Shown one piece after another: positions 11,820-25,970 of a stretch of 64,000 nt of DNA; positions within the stretch are counted from its first letter, which is position 1, and every line of letters starts with the position of its first letter. Made by a program: the position numbers and the translations under genes. Origin of the DNA: Cycas panzhihuaensis (lineage: Eukaryota > Plantae > Cycadophyta); the NCBI GenBank assembly GCA_023213395.1, contig CM041465.1, positions 195,059,741 to 195,123,740 on the forward strand. The letters are read 5' to 3'. Under the pieces are notes generated by a model. It made no database searches and was not told where the DNA came from. It saw only the letters and a program-made list of their open reading frames with translations.

Positions 11820-13977
11820 ATAAACTATGGATATGAAAATTAATGAGCTTTCTATATGAAAGTGTGATGCATCATGGGTTGGATTAGGAGCAATTCTATT
11901 ACAAAACAATAATCCCTTAACTTATAAAAGCCAAAAACTCAATTTAATACAATGAATTAAACACATTTATGATGAGGAAATGCTAACAATCATGTATGTC
12001 ATTCAACAGTGGTGACAATATCTATTGTAAAGCAAGTTTTAAAGCAAAGTTAATCATGATACCTGAAGTACTTTCTTAATCAACTAATACTATCAACAAG
12101 TAATAAAAAATGGGTAAGAAAATTAAAATCTTTTGATTTTAAAATTGTTTGTAAAAAATGCAAGGAGGATGTTGTGGTAAATGTGTTTTATAAGATGTAT
12201 GAACATTGCACCCTCCAAGCAATTTCTAGGGACATACCAAGTTGGATCCAAGATTTATAACAACAATATGCTAAAGACCCACCTCTTACTAAATCATTCA
12301 GAATATTCAAGATGGGATTCAAAAAAGTTATGAATTCCAAAATGGATTGATTTTATATCAAGACAAGATTTTTGTACCCTCTACTTCATCATGCAGAAAG
12401 ACTATGCTACAAGAAAATCGTTTTACAAAACTTAACATTAGATTTGAGATGTTTTTTTTTTAGAAATGTATGAAATTAGATATTTGTAAATTTATTTTAA
12501 AGTGTGATATTTGCCAAAGGGACATGAACAAATATATCTAAATATCAGGATTGTTGCAACCATTAAATATACCAATATAAAATTGAGAAGAAATTTCAAT
12601 GGACTTCATAACAAGTCTATTGAATTTGAATGGTAAAGACTCCATTTTTGTAGTGGTGACTCATCTAATAGAATATGCTCATTTTATGGGAATTCAATCA
12701 ACCTCTAAAGTCAACTAGGTAGTTGATTTTCATATTAAGAAAATACATAGGTTGAATGAATTTCCAAAGGTAATAGTTAGCAATCCCGACTCAAAATTTA
12801 CAAGCCATTTTGGAAGGAAATGTTTTGCCTAGTGGATACACAACTAACAATAAGAACATCATATCATCCTAGATAGATGGATAAATTGAAATTATTAATA
12901 AATGTTTAAAAGGATATCTCAAGAACTTTGCCTCTAATAAAAATGTCATTGGCACAAATCATTACACTTAGTAGAACAGTGGTACAATACCACATAGTCA
13001 TCTATGCATGTTGTTCAAGATCAAAAGCAACAAATAGCTCAAATATTCTAAAATTTTAAAAGATAATTTGAATATAACAAATAATATGATAAAAACAATA
13101 GGGTAATTTACATCATTCTAAATGATCCTTCAAAAAAGGAGATCAGGTATTTTTTAGACTTCAACCTTATAAACAAAGCAATAATGAAATAAATTGGCAA
13201 GTACAAGTTGTAATTATAATTCTATAGACCATATCAAATTCTTAGTAAGGTGGGAGAGGTAGCATATTGTTTAAGTATACCTTCAACTAAGGTTCACAAT
13301 GCTTTTTATATTTCTTATCTAGAGAGAAAATTAGATCAAGCAATAATCCCACAAACTAAATTGCCAACTTTAGATTAAGAAGGAAATATGACAATTGAAC
13401 TTAAATGCATGTAACAAATTAGAATCAACCAATTCTACTCAAAACAAATTTGGGAGTCTTTAGTCAATGGAGAGACTTGAATGTAGAAGATGTAACATGG
13501 GAGACAAAAGCATTGTATGAAAATTATTCACATTTAACATGCTTTGAGATCAAAGCATATTCTTGAAGGGAGGACTTATAATATCCTTTTACATTTTGAT
13601 TGACTTAGATCCAAGATGGAAAATTGAATTGTTAGGTATTCAAATTAACCTTAGGAGTTTAGCATTAAGGAGGGTATAAATAAGGCCCAAGGCCTCTTAA
13701 TTGGTGTCTTTTTAGTTGTTTTCCTACTCTCAATAGCTTGGCTACCCTGTTGGGGATTTGTGGAGGACTTCCTTATCTTAAAGAACATTGCTCGCTTGAA
13801 GGTAGACTTGGACTTAACTATATTTATAACTATAGTTATATTTTTACCATCATCAATTACTTTTTTACTATACCAATTATTCCTTTCTCAATTATCGAAA
13901 TACTTTCATAGTTCTAATTGTTTTATCTAAACATTTATTGCCATTATTTCATTAAGTTTTATAATCCTATTGCTACA
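11820..13977 (+). mobile_element. Truncated chromovirus-type Gypsy: RNase H, integrase, GPY/F, chromodomain, PPT and probable 3' LTR (~13577-13977)
   Basis: CDAS..GLGAILLQ, GLLQPL.IP..ISMDFI, GDQVFLRLQPYKQ, VGEVAY.L and ED.TWE (chromodomain) motifs. PPT gaagggagga. The LTR end at ..gctaca is tentative. Confidence 0.8.
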
Positions 13978-16900
13978 TTTATCTTTGATATTGTGTGTTT
14001 TATAAGAAAAAATTGTAGAAACCCCATATTACACCCCATTTTATTAGGAAATAATGAGTTGTTCTCTCTAATAACATTATTTTTTTAACAACAAAAAAAT
14101 GCTTATTTAATATAATCAATTTAGGCAATTCTTGTAAAATATCTTGGCATAAATCATTATGCAAATTAAATCTCAAATGGTAGTGACCTTTGATCTTCAG
14201 ATAGTCAAGGTTTCTCTCTTGATTACCATATGTTTTATCGTTGCCTTCTACCCATTAACTTGTAAGTGTATCAACATTCATTAATTAGTAAAAAGGGAAG
14301 CCATCAAGTCAAGTATATGAACTAGCATCCAAGGCGTAAGAAGCTAGGCAATTACTGAAAAAGATATCAACATGTCAATGGATTTTAAGCATGTGATTAA
14401 TATCCAAATTTAAAACTTAATAATAGAGGAAGTTACAGTTGATTTCAAGTCACAAGTCAATGTGATATTAGAGCAAACTTAAATATGACTAAAGGGCCTA
14501 GTTTATGGTAGCGGTCAATTATGATCAAAGTCACTAATAAATACTTTATCCCACCAAGTTAGATGACTAAAGAGATTCACATTACTTGCTACAACATTTT
14601 GGCCAAAGATAGTTTTGAAACTATAGCATCACTAACACAAAAAAATATTTATCCATTATTATTTGGGCAAACCATGGAAAGAGAGATGAGAGGGGCCTTA
14701 TGTTTGGATCAATAATGAATGATATTTAGATAGGGGAATAGAGTAGTAGAAATCCTACTAGACCATTAATTTGAGGAATTTGAACAAGATTATGCTTTGG
14801 TAACTAGTGAAAATAAATTAACTCCTAATCATTATGATTAACTCTAACATTGCCAAGCAACAACAAATGAATTTATAAATCTAACTATGGTAGATATTTG
14901 GAGTATAATATAATTTAATGACAATCTATTCAATTTGATGTTATTGTAAGCTTGGTAGGAGAAGCAATACGAGAAGCACTAACCCTATTTCAAGATATGC
15001 ATCATGGTAGTAGCATCATCTATAGTGACCACTTACAAGGTCAATAACCAAGTAAATATAATTATGGCATATGATGGATCAAATTATATCTTGAAATGTT
15101 TAAATACTCTACACACAGTTGTGAAAATGCCTTAAAAGGATTATGTATATATAATATTCTAATTTGAAAAGTCATTAAAAGGTATTACATTTAACTAGCA
15201 AGAGACAATGCAAAATAATTAGTTGATATACTCAAACACAATTTCATTTCTTTTAGAGAAGGCTCTAACTACAACAAAAGTATCAAAACATTTTATTTGA
15301 GGCCTACCCTACCTAATAAAACATGTTTATTATTGTAAAGTAACTTGATTAAAGGAAAAAGATATGCCTGTGAAGTTTTGGCCTCGTTCATTTGCAACTA
15401 CTATAGGAAAAAATCCTTACAACTGGGATCTTACATTAAAGTGGCAATGACAAAGTGCTAATTGGTTATATCATTAATGGATAATTGCAAAAGAACTATA
15501 TATTTATTGATAAGAGTGCCTCCATCTAAGAAGTGCTCACATAGATTAAGAAAGATCTTTCTGAGACAATCAAGAAGGCCACAAAGAAGATAATATCATG
15601 CTTTTCTATAAGAGAAAGTATCATGCTTTTAGACATTAACATTTGAAGACCCAAGACATAACTTACACATTTAATAATTTAATAAAATCTAAAGTTACAT
15701 GAAGTGAAATAGGATCTAATGCATATTGAATTAAGTAGTTATAGTAAAGGGGCTAACATGTGATAAATTACTTGAGTCAATTAAGGACCTAAAAAATTTT
15801 ACCCAAGAACAAAGCCTATTTCAAGAATTTTAGGATATATTTGCATGGCCTTAAAAGGATTTGAAAGAAATTCTAGAGGATATTGGAGTGATGAAGATAA
15901 GCTAGAAGAGGGTGTAAAACCTATGCATCAATGACCTTAGAAAATTAATCCCAAGTATTTAAAGATGATATAAGAAGAAAATGAGTTATTCAAAGTTGAT
16001 TGAATTTACTCATTTTGAGAATAGAGAGTTAGTAAGCTTGATTTCAATAACTAAGAATAAGAATAAGAAACTAAGAATTTATATTGATCTTTGAGCCTTT
16101 AATAAAGTGATGGAGGAAGATCCCTTTCCCACTCCTTTCACCTAATAAGGCTTAGAGAATGTAGTGAAACAACAAGTTTATTCCTTTACAAATAAATTCT
16201 TAAAGTATATAACCAAGTGAATATTACAAAGGAGGACTGACCAAAAATCATGTTTATCACTAAATAGGGATCATGTGTGCATAAAGTAATGCCTTTTAGG
16301 TTGACCAAATCCCTATTTATTTTCTCCATAATCATCACTTTAGTGTCTAAAGATTTTATTTATAAATATTTACAGGTACATTTGGGCAATTAGACATTAT
16401 TTGGTCTTAACAAAGATCATATAACAAGCATAAAATTAATGCTCAAGAAATGTTAGGAGATCCAGATCTCTTTAAGTCATAATAAATTTTATTTTTTAAC
16501 CATGTTTAGAACAAGCCATTTTATATGCAAAGATAGGTCACTAAAAGTCCATAGAATACAAATTCTCAAAATTTTATTTGTATTCTTAGCAAATGGGTTC
16601 ATTCATAACTTTGTAGATGTAGCAACATTGCTGGAGAAACTATTGTAGAAAGTCTCATCATTTATATGGATGATAGAGTACCAACATTCAAGTAAAACAC
16701 TTAAGAAAAAATTGATTAACACCCCAATTTTGAAGTTTTCTCACTAGTATAAGATTTTTCACATTCACATGGATGCTTCGAGAATGGTAATAAGTACAGT
16801 TCTAGGCCAACCAAGAGAAGGGCAAGTTGATCATTTGATAGCCTTTGTTAGTTGTCCATTGACCTTAGTGGAACATAATTACATAATACTAAAAGAGAAG

Positions 16901-19900
16901 TGCCTACAATGGTATATGCCTTGCAAAAATTTTGACATTATTTGTTTGCAAATATCTTTCATTTTATGTTAACCATAAGCACCCATATCTTGTGAACAAG
17001 GGAATTCTTCAAGAAAAAATTAATCATTGGATCTTATTATTCTAAGAATTTAATTTCTAACTATTTATAAAATAGGGAAAAGTAGATGCAATCATGGATC
17101 ATCTTTCACAAATCATGACTAGTGAAGAATCAATCAGAGTCAAGGGCAATTTTTGATATGCAAAATTGTATTAGATTGAGATGGTCTCTCATGAATTTTA
17201 GGTGATCACAGTCTTTTTAAATATAGGAATGGTACTTACAAACTAGTTCATGAGGGAGGAGAAAGTGTTGATGGCTAAGAACATGAAATATTAGTTGATT
17301 AGTGGCCAATTATATCAATTTGGACCTAAATTGATTATGAAAGTTTGCATGTTACAAAATGAAGTCCCAATAATATAGAAAGAAGCCCATAAGGGAGTTT
17401 TAGGAGATTGTGTTGCTAATTAGAATTTATAATGAAAGATTTGCAATCAAGCTTGAGGTAGTTGACTATTTTTAGAGACTCACATCATTGGTCTAAAAAA
17501 TGTGACATCTGTCAAATGGTGAATCAATAAAAAAGAGCATGTCATCTACCATTAAATCCTCTTATTTCTTAGAAAATTGAATAGGAGATGCATAATAAAA
17601 TCTTTTTTTTTTCTATATTATTCACATTCAAATATACATATATGTCTGTTCACACATGCATGTATGTATGTGTGTGTGTGTGTGTGAATCTTATAAAGGA
17701 CTAATGAGAAGCATAAGAACTGCATTGATGACCTATGATAGTACATAAAAATGTGAGCTATGAGTAAATAATATAACAATACTCATGTATTAAGGATATT
17801 CACATATGTTCACCTCTATACACAACACAAAATGCTTAATATTTAAGGAATAACAAACTAATGGTTTGCAATGATTATGGATTAAAAATTATTTTAAAAC
17901 TCCTCCATAATGCTTAATTCATTGTTTATGACATCAAACAATTTGAGATATTTCTCATCACCTTTGTTAGATTAACTATTTTTTAGTGTGATTTCATTTA
18001 TGTTTTCTTTTCTTTTTTTTAATTCTTGAGAAGAAATTTGTCTTGATTAGTCTATCAAGCACTAACTGCCTTTCTAAACTTCAAGCTTGATTTGCTAAAA
18101 TCCATATAAAGAAATAACTGTCTACTAGAACACATGGATAAACAACCATTGTAAATGCCATTTTACTAAGAAGTTCTTTGTGTATATAATTTATCAACAT
18201 TTATATTTATCTTTGTTCCATAATTGTAAAATCTTCATCTTGGGTTGTATATCATAAAACACCTCTTTATTTGATATCATGTGAATAAATCACAAATACT
18301 ACAACAAATTATTACTGACCTCAAGTAAGCTTGACCATCCATTCCATATTAGAACACCCTAAAAATGAACTTATTACATGAGGTCAATTATTCTAAAGCA
18401 CATAACAAGCTATTATCTCAGGCAAGTGTAACTTTTATTTATTACAAACCATAAATTAAACCATTAATTTTTAAGTATTGATGATTTGATAATTTACCAC
18501 ATGTACTTCTCAGTCCAAATATGGGTTCTAAAAAATAAGCACATATATCACTACTAGAAAAAATAAGTTGGCCATACTAATCTATAGAAATAACATTCAT
18601 TCTATTTCAACATTCTTTCTACTTTTGTACTATAGATGTTATTCCTTGCACTTTAGTATTTTCTTTAAATCATTTATTTGAACTATAGCCTTCATTCTTA
18701 GTAGGTCTTGCATGATGAATAAATGTCACTCATGCAAATAGACTCATCATGTATTCAAAATCAAGTAACCTCTATTATATAGCATTCAATACAAGTGGCA
18801 TTCATTTAATGTAGTGTGCTGACTTGTTGAATATTTGAATAGCTCTAATTTTCTACACTGTATCCAAATGTTAGGTTTGAAATCATCCTAAAGGGACCAA
18901 GGTCAGTGGAGGCTTCAAGAAGATTGGAGGGTTGTCAAGTTGCATCAAGTTTGAAGGCATTGGTCATTTCCTTATAAAGGCATCCTTATTTGTGGTCAAC
19001 CCTCTTGCCTAAAGTTCCTACATTTTTTTCACAATCACATTCAAATTTTTGAACAACTAAATAAATAGTTGAGACACTCACCTACGTTGATCATGGTCAT
19101 ATACCATGTTATCTAAATCTAATGTTGCTTACACACCCTTGACAATTGTAATTTGTTGACATCAATTACTATTTTCTTTCATGTGGAGTGAATGCCATAT
19201 AACACACCCTCAACAAGCATTATAACTATTGTACAATTATGCTCTCATCTTCTCTTAAAATTCCCCCCACACCAAACTTTTTTTCATTGAGCTTCAAATC
19301 TCTACTACTTAAAGGAAAATCTGAGGAAAGCATTACAGTTAAGATCATGCAATTATCACCATTTCAAGAAGTTAGTATTGCCATGTTACTTTTTGGTTGA
19401 ATAGAGAAACATTTGACGTGATCTATAACTATTAGTCTCACATTTGTCATGGCCCTATTCATATGCCCATTTAGACCTACGTGAAGAAGAGAATTTTTCT
19501 TAAGACTACATAGAGGAGCGAGTCAAATGAGACAATGTGGAGAAGTATGGCATCTCAAACTATGTTTGTAAGCATAATAAAGGGATTCAAATCCCATAGA
19601 TAGCCTCACAACTCTCAAAAATCACTTGCCTATTAGAGTGTTAAGTTATAATTACCTTTATCAAAGAGCTTTCCTAGTAAAATGCATTTTTTATAGGTGA
19701 CATTGGAAAGAAGCAACAATGATCAAGTGTGATAGGATTTGTCGAGTGGGATTTTTCAAACACATTAACCTTGATATCATGCCTTCAAGTGCTCCTATAA
19801 TTAGTGTAGAAATCTCTACCGAGTGATTTTATTCCTATAATCTTTCTCTATCCTAAAGTTGGACTCTTCTTAATAAGAAAAATCTATGGATCTCCTAGTT

Positions 19901-19966
19901 CTCATTCGCCTTAAAATCTTTGAGTAATCCTCATAAAAGGTGTCATTACAAAGATCTATGATATCT

Positions 19967-20027
19967 ATCTATCTATCTGTGTGTGTGTGTGTGTGCAGCA
20001 AGTATGTGTGTGTGTGTGTGTGTGTGT
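19967..20027. repeat. Compound microsatellite (ATCT)n/(TG)n
   Basis: Read directly from the sequence. Confidence 0.9.
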
Positions 20028-21314
20028 TGCTGAAGGGATCTAATTTCATTGGACTTCCAATAATTCTCTATTATTCTCTTAGTTTCTTTTGATATTGTTG
20101 TCATTTATGCTGTTTTGGAGTAGGGCAAGCTCAATGAAGAAAATTATAACACTTAGAATTCAAAATAAAAATGAGGAGCATATTGCTAGCTAAGAATACA
20201 AGAGAAATAGTGAATGACATTACTTAAACTCCAATTGACCCTGATGAGATAAAAAGTATATAAACAAAAGATAAAATTATAGTTGCAACAATTACTCTAT
20301 TAGTTGCAAACCACATTCTTACACATATCTCAAAGATAACAACTTCAAATAAAGTTTGGGTTATCTTAAGAAAGAGATACTTAGGTAACATCTTTGAAAA
20401 TGAAGAAAATAAAGAAAAACTACCCCCCCTCCCCCTAATTATGCTTTCTAATAAATTTGCTTCATTAGATAATTAATACATTGATTCATAAGCATCCAAG
20501 CATATAACATCTTAGAAAAACTAGTTCAAAAACATGGAAGATCATTATGGAGGCCATGTTGTTGAACTTGGAGAGAGAACTGCATACCTTGTTGGGTAGA
20601 GGAATTACTCCCATGATAATGACAAATGAAAAAATCAAGAAAGTGGGAGATATACATTTTGTTCCTAGTCTAAAGAACAATCAACTTTATCTCCCAATTA
20701 ACCAAGAAACAACTTAAAGTTGGGTTTGAAGATGACAAATGTATGGTTAGGGACAAAAGGAAAAACCTTAAAATTATCATTAAAGAAAAATAAGAAAATG
20801 ACCTTTATAGATTCATGGTAACTCCTACTCTACAAGCCTATACTACAAATAATAAAAATCCTATGAACGGAATCTGACATTTAAGGTATGGGAATTTATA
20901 TCATTAAAGTCTGATTCAATTCAAAAAAATGCAATATAATAAATGGTTTACCAAACAAAGAAAAAAGAAGAAGATATGTGAAGGATGAATGCTAGGGAAA
21001 CGACATAGGAATCAATTCCCAAAAACATCTTCAAGAGTCATGAATAAACTAAAAATTATTCATGGTGATATATATGGAGCCATAAAAACTACATCTCTTG
21101 GAAGGACAAAATACTTCATCAGCTTCATTGTTAATCTAACTAAAAGAACTAGGGTGTTCTCCCTTAATAACAAATATGAAACCTTCAATATCTTAAAAAA
21201 CTCTAGGGATTATATAGAAAATAAGAGTGGGAAGAAAGTTAAAACTCCAAGAATTAACAATAGAGGTGAGTTCACATCAAACACTTCTACAAATACCTGC
21301 ATAGTTAGAAATGT

Positions 21315-21815
21315 GTGAGTGAGAACTAAGATGGGGATAAGAGCATATACAAATATGGCAATTCCAAAAATTCTAAGGTATGAGGATACGAAAAAATTAG
21401 GGTTTTTAAAAAGTATATAGAAAATATGTGCATATAAAAATAAGTGTGTGACATACATCAAATCTAGAAAAAAAAATAACAAACAAACTTAGGACTATTT
21501 CTTATACATACTAATGTCTTTTTTTTTTTTTTTTTTTCCCTTTTCTTTAATCATTAAAGATTACATTTTGACTTCCTTACCTTTTTATGGGATTTTATCT
21601 TATTGAAATATTCTAGGATATGGTAAAATATTCTAGATACATTTGATGACAAATCCTAGATATGAATAAGATGCAATCCTTGTTATGGCCCAAATACAAG
21701 ATACGACCAAGATACATATCCATGGCATATCCATCAATTATCCAAGTATCTATGGTATATCTCATGTAAGTATGGCACTCTCTAGAGGAGTATCTGGTTA
21801 CATAAACAAATATTA
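21315..21815. mobile_element. ~500-bp non-coding insertion in the Copia B integrase; probable non-autonomous DNA element (Helitron/MITE-like)
   Basis: The integrase frame stops after NRGEFTS and resumes at IKR..TP..NGV.ERKNKTIIEMAR. The insert has gatac/gtatc subterminal motifs and a poly-T. Ends and TSD not resolved. Confidence 0.45.
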
Positions 21816-22287
21816 CAAACACCCATCATATTAAGAGATGATTGATAATGGTATGTACTCCTTAATCAAATGGAGTGGATGAAAGGAAAAACAAAACCAT
21901 CATAGAAATGGCAAGAAATACATTCAAAGAAAAAGGGATACTAAACAATTTATGAGTTGAAGCAATCAAGATTGAAATCTACTTTATCAACAAAGGTCCA
22001 ATAAAAGTTGTTAAAGGAAAAACTTTATAAGAGGCTTAGACCAATAGAAACCTAGATGTCAATCATTTGAGGATATTTAAAAGCATTGCCTTTGTGCATA
22101 TTCTTGAAAAAAAGGACCAAACTAGATGAAGAAACTTCAAAATACATCTTTGTAGGCTACAATGAAAAATCCAAAGCTTATAGATGTATCAACCTAGGAC
22201 AAACAAAGTCATCATAAGCAACAATATTATTTTTTATGAAAAATTCAACTTGATTGAAATTTTATTATCAAATAGAGAAGAAGACAT

Positions 22288-25200
22288 TGTTGAAAGTCCA
22301 AAACCTCAACGCCATTATTTCTTAATAAAATACTATGCAAATAGATAAACAAGATAATACTAATAGAAACAAATAATAATAAAGTTAAATATATAAGCTT
22401 AAAAGGATTAAAACTGAAACTAGAAACTGAATAGGCTAATTGTCCCTAAGCATTAAGTGCCAAATAATGGAATTAAACCAAAATCAAAACTTACATAATG
22501 AGTTGTTAAGACCTCTTTTAATATAGAGACAAAGTTAGGCCCCTCTTAAGAAAATTGACTTCATATTAAAATTAAAAAACCAACATCCTAAAAAATACCA
22601 ACTTCTAAAAGAAATTGGCTTTCCTATTTATTTAATAAATTTTAAAATCACTACAATCCATCCCTCCTTTAAAAGAATACTTTGCCCACTAAGTGTTTGA
22701 AATTATGTCACTTGGAAGTCTAGAGCATGTACCTCCTCATACATATATATTCAATCCTCTACCTATTAAGGTAAAAATATTGTAGGGTTTTCATTATCCT
22801 TTATTTTGTCTTCTCGAAGAAACCTAAATGTATCTTCTTCCTATTTGGGATAATGCCTTGTCTGGGGCTATATTTATAGGAGATTTTGTTCTTAGTTGAT
22901 CTTGAGACCTATGTGTTCTAAGGTCATACCTTTTGTTTGTATATTGTATCGATTTGCAATTGTTTTTAAGGGGAAATTAAGAAAATGTAGAGGAAAGATA
23001 TAGATTGTGGATGTTATATTTGGGGAAATAGGTATCAGTAATTTTTAGAAAGGATTAGGGATGTAAGGGTGGATTTACATGTGGGGAATATAGATCATAA
23101 AGGGTAGCTTGTATGAAGGGAGGTGTATGTGGATGCATAACAAGGAGAGAGAAGTGAAAAAAATATGGGGAATAGAGGATATAGATGAGTTATATTAGGA
23201 AGAAAACTAAGAAGAACCATATACAGGGATTTGGTTAGGGACTGTGATATATGAATGCTAGATTGGATAAAAGGTAGATAAAAATAATTTATCGTTAATG
23301 AAGATGATGTTATATAAAATGAAAAATAAATGAATTTGGATTTGTGAATGAGTTTTTTTAAGGGGGTTAAAGGGAACTAGTAGGAAATAAGGGCTAGGCA
23401 TTCTTTATAAGAAAAGGGTTTTAGAAACGGTTCATAAAAATGGTTTCCAAAGTATTACAAGGGCTTAATGAGAAAACAAGTAGGGAGGTAAGGAAGTTGG
23501 GGGTAAAGTGAGTTAGGTTGTAGAGGGAAAGAAGTCAACGTCTTATAGATGCATTGTATAATAATAGGATTAGGGTTTGAAACTTTTTAAAAGGAATAAA
23601 GGATATAGGAATGGTAATAAAGAGATTTCCTAGGGAATGGGGCATAAAGAGGTACGTTGAGAAGGATAAGAATTTTGCCCATGAAGGGTTGGCAATTTTG
23701 GGCTTTAGATTCTAATTTGGTTATAAGATCTTATTGTATAAAGGTTAGGGAATTTTCCAAGGTGATAGAGTTGGGACAATTGAGATGAATAAGGGAACTT
23801 TCAGAAGGAATGGACAAGGATGATGCAAGGTTGAAATTTAAAGTAACTACCTTTTCAAAGTCATCTTATGTCATATTCTTCTTCAAGTTGCTTATTAGCA
23901 GGCACTTCTCTAGTTGATTCATGTGAATTACTTATTGCTTCATCATATTGCTCTTTGAATGGCTCCTCATTGGATTATTTTTCAACCTAATCAGTTGGTT
24001 CTTTGATTGTCATTGTGCAATATTTTATTCTCTCTTAAAGAGCTTTTAGTCTGGCTAGAATTTTTGAAGCGTTTCTTGATGACATTTTTCATTGTCTTTT
24101 TTTCGGTATTATTCTTCAAATTTATGAAATCATCATTCATACAGTCTCTTTAGCGTTCTTTCCACAACTTTATAATCATTTCTTCAAACCTTAATGAAAT
24201 AGCATTTTGAAAAATATTCCCAAATGAGGCAGTAATCTAAAAGTTTCTTAATGGCCTACTCCTAAGCTTGTCCACCTAAATATTCCTAAATATATAAGCA
24301 AAATAGTCTTCTCTTTGTGTGGGACCAAATATTAAAGCCCTTTTCCATCTTGTTGAGCCATTCTATGGGACGCACTCCTTCCTTTTCAATAAAAATAAGA
24401 ATATCATTCTCCATAATTTCATTGTAGGGGCACATTATTAAGTATTAACTTTTAATAAAAATTACAATATCAAATTAGAACCAAATTACATCATTCAATA
24501 GCTCATTTTGAAGGCCTCTAAACCAAGATTCCAATGGTTTAAATAGAATTAAATTATGACATCTGTAGTAGAAGTTATGGTTGAAAATGCATAAAAGTGT
24601 CACGTTTTGAAAACTGAACTAAAAAAATAAAGGGATTCTATTAAGCCCATTAGGGACTTGGACCCTAGTTATCTAACGTCAACATGTGGCCAACCACTAG
24701 CCAAAGGTAGTTGGGTGTCAAAACTCAAATAATATACAATTTAATTGATTTTTTTTTTCTCTTTAGAAAAACATAATATGCCCCAAAATATATTTATGCC
24801 ACATGCCTTCGACATCTATCTTTTATGTTTTTGCATTTTTTTTTGTGTTTTCCACCCTTGCCTAAGATCTAGGGTATACAACTCAATTAATAAGATCCCA
24901 ATCTTGTGCTAACAAGCTCTAGGTTTATGTTGGTGCTCAATAAAAGAAGGTTGGGAGGGACAGGGTGGGGGGGGGGGGTGTGGACTGAACAAGCACCTTG
25001 ATAATCTATATATATATCCCCATTCTGGTATCTTTTCTCCTATGAAAGAACCACTAATTTTTGCCTCTAATCATAAGTCAAATTTGTTGGAAGTTGCAAT
25101 ATTCTTCTTTTTTACGCCTTGCTAATGATCACCCAGATAATGGTCTAGACTAAGCGCCCTTATGGACTAGGCTTTAGGCTCCCCTATCAATGATGGAAAA

Positions 25201-25970
25201 CTTAACTACATAGTTTCCTCCACATTACTTATGCATCTTTGTTATGATGCTCATGTTGTTACAATCTTCTATTTTCACGCACATTAACAAATTATGGCTC
25301 ATAGTTAGTGCCCCCTCCTATTCTTGTTATCACGCTCCTCATGGATTATGACTAAGATTAAATCACACTATTCAAGTAGTTGACCATCTTCTCAAATTAG
25401 CATCCAACAGATTAGATTTAGTGGTACAATAGTAATTCTTCCAATGTATAAACAAAATAAATATTCTACACCTGAATGGAGGCACATATATCTTGCTAGC
25501 ACTGAATACACATAAATAGCAAACCTTGATAGTAAATGGCAAGCTAGTGAATGACCAATATGAAAACCTAACATGAATTTGGCTACATATGGCTCTGATA
25601 CTAGTTATCAAAGGTCCAAAACCTTAATGTCACTATTTCCTAATAAAATATTATGTATATAAAGAAATAAGATAATAATAATAGTAACAAATAACAATAA
25701 AGCTAAACATATAAACTTAAAAGTATGAAAATTGAAATTGGAAGTTAAATGGGTCAACTATCCCTAATCATTAAGTGCTAAATAATGGAATTAAACCAAA
25801 TTAAAACTTGCATATTAAGTTTTTAAGGCCTCTTAATATAGGGACAAAATTAGGCTTCTCTTAAGAAACTAACTTCATATTAAAATTAAAATGCGAACAT
25901 CCAAAAAATATACCAACTTCTGATAAATATTGACATTCCTATTTATTTAATAAAATTTGGGATCACTATA
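22288..25970 (-). mobile_element. Gypsy-type gag-only non-autonomous LTR element (TR-GAG-like)
   Basis: LTRs at 22288-22655 and 25606-25970. PBS rc ggctctgatacta at 25591-25603. PPT rc at 22656-22670. Decayed retrotransposon gag at ~24430-23900 (PIEWLNKMEKGF..YLGGQA..WEYF). No pol. TSD degraded (gacat/agtat). Confidence 0.85.
24461..24578 (-). promoter_or_regulatory. Conserved spaced leader motif, copy 2
   Basis: Minus strand ATAACT-N12-GTCATAA-N17-CATTGGAA (24578 to 24529). Confidence 0.55.
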
